A stretch of 64,000 bases of DNA, from positions 163,343-227,342 of the forward strand of contig JANRMO010000001.1 of NCBI GenBank assembly GCA_040981105.1, given 5' to 3'. The notes beneath the pieces are model-generated. The model saw only the letters and a program-made list of their open reading frames with translations, had not been told where the DNA came from and did no database searches. A program made the translations under genes and the position numbers. This document shows, in pieces, positions 32,399-40,399 of this stretch. Source of the DNA: Nitrospiraceae bacterium. GTDB lineage: Bacteria; Nitrospirota; Nitrospiria; Nitrospirales; Nitrospiraceae. Position 1 is the first letter of the stretch. Each line of letters opens with the position of its first letter.

Positions 32399-33570
32399 GG
32401 ACCATCTTTCTAGAACCGCTCGATGTGTGGGTCTTCCGGGATGGTCGTCCATTCTCAGCGGGCGAGGACCATCATGCCAAGTCGGTCTTCCCTCCTTCGC
32501 CGTTCACTGTTCAAGGCGCGTTGCGATCCAAAGTGCTGGTGGAAAACTGCGGCAACCTGGACAAGTACGCTGAACGTGATGGTGGTCCGGCTTGCCCGAA
32601 GTGTGGTTCAGTGCCCGAGTGTCCCCTCCGCCAGGAAGTTGGCACTCCCGGCAATCCCGGACCGTTTCGCCTTCGCTATGTTTTGCCGGCCCACCAGATA
32701 AAAGGTTCACTTACCACCTACTTCCCTCTCCCTAGACACGTGGTCCGCGTCAAGGGGAAGACAAGCTGGCATTTCCTTTGTCCCCAGCAGGGAGCTGAGG
32801 TGACAGGGCTTCCTGCCGGCCTCCGTCCGCTGGGTGTTGCCGGAGCAGAGCCGGTGGAACACCTTGAAGGGTGGGTGGATGCTCCTACGCTTCAAACGCT
32901 CCTGGAAGGTGAAATTCTCCAAGGTCTCGACCCAACTCGCACGCGTGGAGAAAACGGAATCCTCGTCGAGGAACCCAGGGTCGGAATCGGTTTGCAGCGA
33001 GGCCGCAGGACGGCACAGTCCGGTCAGTTCTTCATCGTGGACGCTCTTCGGCTCCAGGATGACTGGGGGCTTGCTATCTCCTTCACCGGATTACCAAGCC
33101 TGCCGGTGCAGGGATTTCTGGACATTGGCGGCGAAGGTCGAGCGGGACACTATCAGACTATCTCAGATATTCAATGGCCGGCGTTGCCTGCTGAACATAT
33201 CGGACGAGAGCGTCGTTTTCTCCTTTACTTCGTTTCACCCGCCCTATTTGGCAGTGACACGGCTAGATGGACATGGAAGCCGAGCTTCTTGGGAGATCAA
33301 CTCACCGGGACACTGCCCGGAGCGAAAACCCGTGTCCGTCTGGTTGCGGCAGCCATCGGCTCGCCGCTCAGAGTCAGCGGCTGGGAACTTGGGAGAGGTG
33401 GCCGTGGCGGGCAGCCTCGCCCGATGCGGCCGACCGTGCCTGCAGGAAGCGTGTATTTCTTTGAACTCATCGATGGGCCAGGAGAGGACGTGTTCTCAGT
33501 CCACGGTCAGACGATGACGGATTGGGGAGCCGAGTTCGGTTTTGGGCTCGCCCTCGTTGGGAGGTGGTAA
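32395..33570 (+). CDS. cmr3: Type III-B Cmr3 (Cas5 group)
   Basis: LEPLDVWVFRDGRPF, GGEGR, VPAGSVYFF, FGFG. Confidence 0.93.
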   Translation: MRTIFLEPLDVWVFRDGRPFSAGEDHHAKSVFPPSPFTVQGALRSKVLVENCGNLDKYAERDGGPACPKCGSVPECPLRQEVGTPGNPGPFRLRYVLPAHQIKGSLTTYFPLPRHVVRVKGKTSWHFLCPQQGAEVTGLPAGLRPLGVAGAEPVEHLEGWVDAPTLQTLLEGEILQGLDPTRTRGENGILVEEPRVGIGLQRGRRTAQSGQFFIVDALRLQDDWGLAISFTGLPSLPVQGFLDIGGEGRAGHYQTISDIQWPALPAEHIGRERRFLLYFVSPALFGSDTARWTWKPSFLGDQLTGTLPGAKTRVRLVAAAIGSPLRVSGWELGRGGRGGQPRPMRPTVPAGSVYFFELIDGPGEDVFSVHGQTMTDWGAEFGFGLALVGRW

Positions 33571-33572
33571 GC

Positions 33573-34502
33573 ATGGCAAAGCTCGCAATTCCGCTTTTTC
33601 TCTATACCGAGACCCCCTTGCATCCGGGAACAGGAGCGCAGGTGGGGACGGTTGACCTTCCGATTCAGCGCGAACGCTACACAGACTATCCCATCATCCA
33701 GGGATCGAGCCTCAAGGGTGTCTTTCGATCTCTAGCACGGGAGTGCAACTGGCAGTCTGACGAAATCGCGGCGATGTTCGGGCCTGAGACTGGCGAAGCC
33801 GATAAACATGCTGGCGCGATTTCGTTCACAGACGCACGTATCCTCCTGTTCCCTGTGAGGGCGATTGGGACCGTCTTTGCTTGGACGACTTGCCCTCATG
33901 TGTTGGCACGGCTCAGACGCGACCTTACACACTGCGGCCTCGACGGTCTGCCTAATGTGCCGGCTCCACCGGCCAAGGACGGTGCGCTTGTCCCCACTGG
34001 TTCAGCACTTCTTTCGGGTTCTGCACAGCAGGGTCCAATCATCCTCGAAGAATTCTCCTATACTGCGGAGGCGAATCAGGACATTAAGCAGTTAGGCGAC
34101 TGGCTGAGCCGACAACTGTTCACAAACGACGCGGCCTTTGGCTTCTGGAAAACCAAGCTTGCTGCCGACCTCGTGGTTCTTCCAGATAATGAGTTCCGCG
34201 AATTCGCAAAGACGGCCACAGAAATTGTCACGCGTGTCCGTTTGGATGAGAACACGAAGACCGTTCAGCCAGGTGCACTCTGGACGGAGGAACACGTACC
34301 GAGCGACAGCGCCTTCTGCGCGCTAGTCTTGCTTCAAGATCCAATGGCCGACAACAAGCAGGCCAGTTGGACCGCCGCGTGGGTGTCTCAAAAGATCAAG
34401 ACCTTTGACGGCCAACGAATCCAAGTAGGTGGAGACGAGACCACCGGACGAGGGTTCGCGTTGGTGCGTTTCGGGGGAGGCAACGATGGGAAGGCTCGCT
34501 GA
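33573..34502 (+). CDS. cmr4: Type III-B Cmr4 (catalytic Cas7)
   Basis: TPLHPGTG, VDLPIQRE (catalytic Asp position), GSSLKGV, LWTEE, QVGGDETTGRG. Confidence 0.96.
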   Translation: MAKLAIPLFLYTETPLHPGTGAQVGTVDLPIQRERYTDYPIIQGSSLKGVFRSLARECNWQSDEIAAMFGPETGEADKHAGAISFTDARILLFPVRAIGTVFAWTTCPHVLARLRRDLTHCGLDGLPNVPAPPAKDGALVPTGSALLSGSAQQGPIILEEFSYTAEANQDIKQLGDWLSRQLFTNDAAFGFWKTKLAADLVVLPDNEFREFAKTATEIVTRVRLDENTKTVQPGALWTEEHVPSDSAFCALVLLQDPMADNKQASWTAAWVSQKIKTFDGQRIQVGGDETTGRGFALVRFGGGNDGKAR

Positions 34503-34887
34503 GCAGGATCGCGCCAAGTTCGCGCATGATCGCATCCAGAAAAACCGGGACGCCGGTGGAGAGACTAATGGAAAACTTGCCGGCGAGTATCGCCAGCTTG
34601 TGATGGGGCTTCCTGCCATGATCCAACAGTGCGGGCTTGGTCAGACCATGGCCTTTCTTGCCAGCAAGGGGAAAGGTCACCACGCCATGGCTCTTGCCGA
34701 TCTGGAGGAGTGGCTCGAGCGATTTGACTACGCCAAAGGGAAGGACGGAGTTCTCAAAGCGCTGATGGACGGTGACAGCCGAGGCTACCGTATGGCAACA
34801 ACCGAAGCTTTAGCCTATCTGCAATGGCTCAAGCGCTTCGCCGAGGCCGCCATCGAAAAACCCGAACGTGGAACAGCGCGAGGATGA
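34486..34887 (+). CDS. cmr5: Type III-B Cmr5 (Cas11)
   Basis: EQDRAKFA, LPAMIQQCGLGQTMAFL, WLKRFAEA. Confidence 0.92.
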   Translation: MGRLAEQDRAKFAHDRIQKNRDAGGETNGKLAGEYRQLVMGLPAMIQQCGLGQTMAFLASKGKGHHAMALADLEEWLERFDYAKGKDGVLKALMDGDSRGYRMATTEALAYLQWLKRFAEAAIEKPERGTARG

Positions 34888-34890
34888 AGT

Positions 34891-35853
34891 ATGCCAACCT
34901 GGGATCGCAGAGGCAGTAGGCCGGGTTCGTCATCACCCAGGGGACCTGGGAGGCCTGGACCGCCTCCAACTCATCAAGGCTCGCCGGGCAGCCAAGCTGG
35001 GCCGCCTCAATTAAGCCGGCTTCCACTCCCCCACAAGGACAAGGTTGCAGAAGAAGTGCTGCGCCGCCTTCAACACCCTGTGCATCCAGGCCTTTGGCTC
35101 ACCCGGTTTGTTCGGTGGGGACCAGTGCGTCAAGGCCCAAATCAGTGGGACTTCAAAGTAGTAACCACTACCCGCAGCGGAAAACAGAAAGAAGAAGACC
35201 GCAAACGGGATAACCTCGACCATGCGGCAAGGGCGGCCAATGTTGAGCCAGTTCGCAAGTTAGCCACTGAGTGGCGTGCTCGCCGTGAAGCGTGGCTCAA
35301 GCCGTTAGAGCAACAAGGGCTGGCCTGCCGGTTCCGCGCCAAGACTGATTGGCGTTTGGCCATCGGGCTGGCAGGGGCGAGCCCGCTTGAAACCAACATC
35401 GTATTTCACCGTCTCTACGGCGTCCCCATGCTGCCAGGCTCAGGATTGAAAGGGCTGGCATTGGCAGTCGCGAGGTCCAACGGTGAACACGAAACAATCT
35501 TCGGCACACAGAAGGCCGCGGGGCTGGTTGATGTCCTGGATGCCATCCCCATCTCACCGCCCGGAAAGAATTGGATCGAAGTGGATATCATGAACCCCCA
35601 TTATCCCGACTGGTACCAACAGAAGAAAGACAAGCAAGGCAAAGCGTTGGCTCCATCTGACGATCAGAGTCCGAACCCCATCTTTTTCTTGACCGTCTCA
35701 CCTGGTGTTGAATTCGAGTTTGCCCTCCTGTGCCGGACGCGAACTAACGAAGCCAAGGATGCTCTCAACAAAGCCAAGGCTTGGCTCATCGAGGGCCTGA
35801 AAACCCTGGGAGCCGGAGCGAAGACAGCCGCCGGTTACGGATACTTCGTGTGA
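34891..35853 (+). CDS. cmr6: Type III-B Cmr6
   Basis: YGVPMLPGSGLKG, DIMNPHYPDWY, PNPIFFL, GAGAKTAAGYG. Confidence 0.93.
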   Translation: MPTWDRRGSRPGSSSPRGPGRPGPPPTHQGSPGSQAGPPQLSRLPLPHKDKVAEEVLRRLQHPVHPGLWLTRFVRWGPVRQGPNQWDFKVVTTTRSGKQKEEDRKRDNLDHAARAANVEPVRKLATEWRARREAWLKPLEQQGLACRFRAKTDWRLAIGLAGASPLETNIVFHRLYGVPMLPGSGLKGLALAVARSNGEHETIFGTQKAAGLVDVLDAIPISPPGKNWIEVDIMNPHYPDWYQQKKDKQGKALAPSDDQSPNPIFFLTVSPGVEFEFALLCRTRTNEAKDALNKAKAWLIEGLKTLGAGAKTAAGYGYFV

Positions 35854-35858
35854 GAGCC

Positions 35859-37136
35859 ATGACAATCCTCGTTTTGACCGTGGGCGGGTCACATCAACCA
35901 CTGGTGACGGCAATCCAAACGCTGAAGCCGGACCGAGTGGTTTTCTTGTGCTCAGACGAGACCCCTACCGCCAAGGGCTCGTACGTGCAAGTCATCGGCG
36001 AAGGCAAGATCATCAAGAGCGACCCTAAATTGGACAAACCCGACCTTCCAAATATTCCAACGCAGGTTGGTTTGTCCCCCGACCAATTTGACGTGGTGAA
36101 GATTGAGCACTTCGATAATCTCGAAGCGTGTTACCTCGAATCCATCCGGATTCTCATCAAGCTGCATCATGAGCAGCCTCACGCCCGCCTTATCGCTGAC
36201 TATACAGGGGGAACCAAGTCCATGACCGCCGGCTTGGCTCTGGCGGCCGTGGATTCGGAGTGGTGCGAATTGAACTTGATTGCAGGGACCCGCACGGACC
36301 TTGAAAAGGTGAGAGATCGGAGCCAGTTTTCCAGACCCATCGCCGTGTGGGACCTGAGAGGCAGAAGAAAGCTCGAAGAGGTTCAGGCCCGCCTATCCCG
36401 CTTCGATTATGCGGGAGCAGCCTCTATGCTGGAAAGAATTGGCCAGATGCCAATCAGCGAATCCTTTTCGGACAAGGTGCGGGCCGGGTTAGCGATCTGC
36501 CGAGGCCTCGATGCATGGGACAGGTTCAATCACGATGAAGCACGGACCCTATTGCAACCATACCGGCCGTATCTCAAGGAGTCCAGCATCATGCTGGATG
36601 ATCTCTGCCGAGTAGAGCCGAGAGACCCCTATCTTCGAGTTGAAGATCTGTTTCTCAATGCAGAGCGGCGAGCGATTCAAGGTCGCTATGACGATGCAGC
36701 CGCACGGATCTATCGAGCGCTGGAATTGATAGCTCAAGTGCGGCTGAGGGCGAAACACGGAATTGACACTTCGAACGTTGACTTGCAGAAGATCCCGGCA
36801 CAGCGTCGGGCTTCATTTGAACGTCACCGCTCAGACACCGGCAAAATCCAAATTCCCTTGTTTCCCTCGTGGGCTCTTCTCCAAGAGCTGCACGACGACC
36901 ATCTTGGGGCCTGGTTTGCCGAGAACAAATCCAAGGTCCAAGACTTCTTAGGGGTGCGGAACTCCTCCATCCTTGCACACGGACTGGAACCAATTGATTC
37001 AGCCCGGTGGCAGAACAAAGGTAACGTTGGACTCATACTCTGTCGGCAAGCTTTAGCAAGTATTCCACGATCCGAAAGAAGTGAGGTCACCGTGCACCAG
37101 CTTCCTCAAGAACTTAAAGTTTTCGAGCACGCGTAA
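35859..37136 (+). CDS. TIGR02710-like CARF-HEPN ribonuclease (Csm6/Csx1-like effector)
   Basis: LTVGGS..P, DYTGGTKSM (CARF), WDRFNH, YDDAAARIYRALE, HEPN RNSSILAHG. Confidence 0.85.
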   Translation: MTILVLTVGGSHQPLVTAIQTLKPDRVVFLCSDETPTAKGSYVQVIGEGKIIKSDPKLDKPDLPNIPTQVGLSPDQFDVVKIEHFDNLEACYLESIRILIKLHHEQPHARLIADYTGGTKSMTAGLALAAVDSEWCELNLIAGTRTDLEKVRDRSQFSRPIAVWDLRGRRKLEEVQARLSRFDYAGAASMLERIGQMPISESFSDKVRAGLAICRGLDAWDRFNHDEARTLLQPYRPYLKESSIMLDDLCRVEPRDPYLRVEDLFLNAERRAIQGRYDDAAARIYRALELIAQVRLRAKHGIDTSNVDLQKIPAQRRASFERHRSDTGKIQIPLFPSWALLQELHDDHLGAWFAENKSKVQDFLGVRNSSILAHGLEPIDSARWQNKGNVGLILCRQALASIPRSERSEVTVHQLPQELKVFEHA

Positions 37137-37174
37137 AAGATGATTCGCTGGGTCTGTTCTGAATGCTGTGTACC

Positions 37175-38221
37175 ATGCTGAACTCATTCTCCCTCGCCCA
37201 CTTCAGGTTCGAGTTAGAGGCGGTAGATCGCCTGGCCCTTCATCCGCGCAATCCCGGCAACACCCTCCGCGGCGCCTTCGGCGCCACGTTCAAACGGCTG
37301 GTCTGTCCGACGCCGGCCGACTGCCGCCAGACCTGCGCGATGAAAGCCACTTGCCCGTACGGGCAGATCTTTGAGCCGAGCCCTCCGCCCGGCAGCGACC
37401 GGCTGAGCCTGAATCAGGACATTCCGCGGCCCTTCGTGTTCCGGCCGCCGAACGGGCTTGAGACGGTGGCTGGACCGGGCGAGGCCCTGTCCTTCGACCT
37501 GATCCTCATCGGCAGAGCGCTCGACTACTTTCCCTATTTTGCGGTCACGTTCCGGGAGTTGGGCGACCAAGGCATCGGGCTCGGCCGAGGGCGCTACGCT
37601 TTAGCTCGCGCGCTCGCGCTACGCGAGGCCGTTGCCTGTCATCCGTTTTCCGTTACCCGTGAGCAAGCTCCTGAGGGAGAAGAGGTTTACTCTTCCGCAA
37701 CACAATTGGTTCGACCCTCTTCATTCCGCTTAACCTTCGATGACTGCCGCCGTCTCGCTTCTGAACGGTTCACGGGGAACAGCTTACAGCCAACGGACCG
37801 CGGATCGCGGACGACGGATAACCGAAAACGGATAGCGGTGCGCTTCCTCACCCCGACGCTCCTCAAAGCCGACGGCAGGATTGTTGAGCGCCCCGAGTTC
37901 CAGCACCTGATCAAGCGCCTGCGCGACCGCATCAACGCGCTCGGCCATTTCTACTGCGACGACACGCTCGACGTAGACTTCAAAGCCTTCGGCGAACGGG
38001 CGGAAGCCATCCGAACCGTGAGTTGCAAGATCAGATGGGAAGACCGCGACCGCCGGTCCTGGAAGACCGGTCAGGCCCACGACATGGGCGGCTTCGTGGG
38101 CGAAGTGACGTATGAGGGCGACTTCGAAGAGTTCCTGCCGTTGCTGATCCTTGGCCAGTACACCCATGTGGGAAAGTATGCGGTTTGGGGAAATGGGCAA
38201 TATGAAGTGAGAGTTATATAA
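37175..38221 (+). CDS. cas6: Cas6 crRNA-processing endoribonuclease
   Basis: TLRGAFG, PRPFV, FLTP, MGGFVG, C-terminal G-loop HVGKYAVWGNGQY. Confidence 0.92.
   Translation: MLNSFSLAHFRFELEAVDRLALHPRNPGNTLRGAFGATFKRLVCPTPADCRQTCAMKATCPYGQIFEPSPPPGSDRLSLNQDIPRPFVFRPPNGLETVAGPGEALSFDLILIGRALDYFPYFAVTFRELGDQGIGLGRGRYALARALALREAVACHPFSVTREQAPEGEEVYSSATQLVRPSSFRLTFDDCRRLASERFTGNSLQPTDRGSRTTDNRKRIAVRFLTPTLLKADGRIVERPEFQHLIKRLRDRINALGHFYCDDTLDVDFKAFGERAEAIRTVSCKIRWEDRDRRSWKTGQAHDMGGFVGEVTYEGDFEEFLPLLILGQYTHVGKYAVWGNGQYEVRVI
37629..37838. repeat. Two oppositely oriented degenerate heptamer tracts in-frame within cas6
   Basis: CCGTTGC-CTGTCAT-CCGTTTT-CCGTTAC (37629-37660) and NNN(A/G)CGG units (37763-37838). 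Confidence 0.7.
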
Positions 38222-38252
38222 TGGTCGCCGACTCTCGAAAGAGCGAAGCGAG

Positions 38253-38468
38253 ATGATTGCTGTCCCCAAAGAGTTGCTGTGGGATTATCGAGAGCCCCCC
38301 CAGGATCTGTTGTGGCGTTTGCAGCGGATCGCAGACTTTTTCCCTCTCTACGGGAAAGACCGTGACACGGTGGCTCTTCTCTATACCTATCGCGATCGAC
38401 TGAAGGTCGATGGAGCCACGAAAGCGCTGATTGAAGAATATCATCGCGCCTGGGAGACCCATCCCTGA
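38253..38468 (+). CDS. Small putative antitoxin (LWD motif) paired with the AbiEii toxin
   Basis: MIAVPKELLWDY; stop codon overlaps the start of the toxin frame. Confidence 0.7.
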   Translation: MIAVPKELLWDYREPPQDLLWRLQRIADFFPLYGKDRDTVALLYTYRDRLKVDGATKALIEEYHRAWETHP

Positions 38469-39139
38469 ACTCGATTACCGACAATTCAATTCTGACGGAG
38501 GAACAAAAAACCCTCCTTGTACGCTTCCGGAACTCCCCGCTCCGCGAGCACTTTTACCTGACCGGTGGAACGGCCCTGTCGGCGTTCTATCTTCGGCATC
38601 GGCACTCCGAAGATCTCGACTTCTTTACCGAGCAGGAAGTCGATCTGGAGTCCGTCCTCGGTTTCCTTCGAGCGATTCCACACGTCGCCAATATTCAGCA
38701 TGAGCGGAAATACGATCGCCGGTTGTTCCTGCTTCATGATTACAATCAGCGGACCATGAAAGTGGAGTTCACGAAATATCCGTTTCCCCCGCTTGAGCCG
38801 CGCCTGGCCGTCGAAGGCGTCCAGGTTGACGGTTGGCGAGACATCCTGGCCAACAAACTCATGGCGCTCACGGATCGAAAGGATTTCAAGGATTATCTCG
38901 ACGTCTATTTTCTGCTTCGCGAGTTTCCGACAATCAGCCTGTGGGACGCAATCCAGCAGACTCAGCGGAAATTCGGCGTCACAGGCATCGACCATATCCT
39001 CAAAGGCAGATTTCTGGAAGACCTTCCGTCGCAAGGCGAGCTGCCGATGCTCAAGCCCTATGATCCAGTGGCAATAGCGTCCTTCTATAAATCCCTGGCG
39101 AGAGAACTGATTGCCCGATCCTTGGAGAAGGAGCGATGA
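38465..39139 (+). CDS. AbiEii/AbiGii-family nucleotidyltransferase toxin; probable CTG start
   Basis: Frame open from 38435 encodes FYLTGGTALSAFYLRHRHSEDLDFF upstream of the tracked ORF, then NKLMAL.DR...KDYLD. Confidence 0.85.
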   Translation: MNSITDNSILTEEQKTLLVRFRNSPLREHFYLTGGTALSAFYLRHRHSEDLDFFTEQEVDLESVLGFLRAIPHVANIQHERKYDRRLFLLHDYNQRTMKVEFTKYPFPPLEPRLAVEGVQVDGWRDILANKLMALTDRKDFKDYLDVYFLLREFPTISLWDAIQQTQRKFGVTGIDHILKGRFLEDLPSQGELPMLKPYDPVAIASFYKSLARELIARSLEKER

Positions 39140-39145
39140 AGGTTC

Positions 39146-39340
39146 GACGGCTCACGGCGAACGGACTCCGGTTCTCCGTCGCCCGTCTTCCGTTGCCCGT
39201 CGACCGATCACGGGCTGTTGAAAGCGGTTTGCGGGCAGCGGTAGACGGTCAGCGGGATGCGGATAGCGGTAAACGGATCACGGAACACGGCTCACGGTGA
39301 GCGGCTCGCGGATTGCGGGCAGCGGTGAACGGTTCACGGA
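39146..39340. repeat. Degenerate heptamer tandem repeats, NNN(A/G)CGG and inverse
   Basis: e.g. AAACGG-ATCACGG-AACACGG-CTCACGG-TGAGCGG-CTCGCGG-ATTGCGG-GCAGCGG. Confidence 0.85.
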
Positions 39341-39394
39341 CAATAGGAAGTACGCGGTGTGGGGAAACGGACAGTATGAGGTTATGGAATGGCA

Positions 39395-39652
39395 TCAGCG
39401 GTAAGCATCCCGGCGGTGGGCGATACGAAGGATGAGAATGGTTTGGGCAGAATCGTCGATTTCGAAAAGAACGCGATAGTCGCCGACGCGGACGCGCCAC
39501 ACATCGTGGCCTCCCGCCAGCTTGGTCACGCCATGAGGGCGAGGATCGTTTTCGAGGGCAAACAGAACATCGGCCAACCTGGTGCGAATATCGGGAGGAA
39601 GCTTAGCGAGGTCGCGTTCCGCGGCAGGTCGGAGCAGAACCTGGTAGACCAT
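39395..39652 (-). CDS. relE: RelE/ParE family toxin
   Basis: AERDLAKLP, PRPHGVTKL, WRVRVGDYRVLFEIDD, IAHRRDAYR. Confidence 0.93.
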   Translation of the reverse strand: MVYQVLLRPAAERDLAKLPPDIRTRLADVLFALENDPRPHGVTKLAGGHDVWRVRVGDYRVLFEIDDSAQTILILRIAHRRDAYR

Positions 39653-39903
39653 CAGGCAGTCTTGCCAGGTTTGCCCAGAACTGCACGGATGGGCTGTGAT
39701 GATCCAGGTTCAGCCTTGGCTTCTTCAGCAAGCAGGTGATCAATGGCATCCTGAAGATAGGGAGGCAGTGTTTCCCAATCAGCATGAGCGGCAAGGGTCC
39801 GAAGGAATTGCCGATAATCGTCATAGGACACAATGACGTCGATAATCTCACCCTGTTCGTTCCGGACAAATCGAGGGGGATGAAGCGATTCTTTTTCGCT
39901 CAT
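39652..39903 (-). CDS. Putative antitoxin of relE
   Basis: Small acidic ORF directly upstream of relE, stop/start overlap. Confidence 0.75.
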   Translation of the reverse strand: MSEKESLHPPRFVRNEQGEIIDVIVSYDDYRQFLRTLAAHADWETLPPYLQDAIDHLLAEEAKAEPGSSQPIRAVLGKPGKTA

Positions 39904-39940
39904 GGAGGCACTCTAAGGCAAAGAGATGCTACCAGCACTG

Positions 39941-40302
39941 GCCGTAAACGGTCAAACGGGACTCCGGTATCCCGTTTTCCGTTGCCCGTCTTCCGTTATC
40001 CGTCGACCAATGACAGGTCACGGATTCCGGGCCGCGGTTTACGCTAACCGGTCAGCGGAACGCCGAGAGCGGGAAGCGGTGTGCGGATGGCGGGTCACAG
40101 TCTTCAGCGTTGTGACCTCGGATGTCACATGGGCGTGATACCTGATGGGCCACCAGTGCACACCACGCTCCATACATCGTGCGGATACAAGGTCCTGTGC
40201 ACGACAAGGGCGGACGGTTCTCCATCGACCGATAACAGTTCGCAGGCGGTGGCTCGCGAATTGCGGTTCGCGGACTGCGGACGACGGTTCACGGTAAACG
40301 GA
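39941..40302. repeat. Further degenerate heptamer tracts
   Basis: CCGTTTT-CCGTTGC-CCGTCTT-CCGTTAT and TTGCGG-TTCGCGG-ACTGCGG-ACGACGG-TTCACGG-TAAACGG. Confidence 0.8.
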
Positions 40303-40306
40303 TACG

Positions 40307-40357
40307 CAGTACACTCACGTGGGGAAGTATGCAGTATGGGGAAATGGGCGGTATGAG
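40307..40357 (+). pseudogene. cas6: 3' relic of cas6 (G-loop segment)
   Basis: Encodes QYTHVGKYAVWGNGRYE versus QYTHVGKYAVWGNGQYE at 38156-38206; 43/51 nt identical by eye. Confidence 0.85.
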
Positions 40358-40399
40358 TTAGTGCGGTCTTTGGAAGACAAACTATATAAGAGTGATGTG

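Noticed and set aside
39192-39224. GTTGCCCGTCGACCGATCACGGGCTGTTGAAAG as a CreA-like pseudo-repeat
   Set aside because: Single copy, explained by the junction of inverted heptamer tracts, and unlike the 49471 sequence
40130-40161. Possible degenerate HUH transposase motif (WA*YLMGH..VH)
   Set aside because: Too short; needs a stop and a frameshift; no supporting flanking homology
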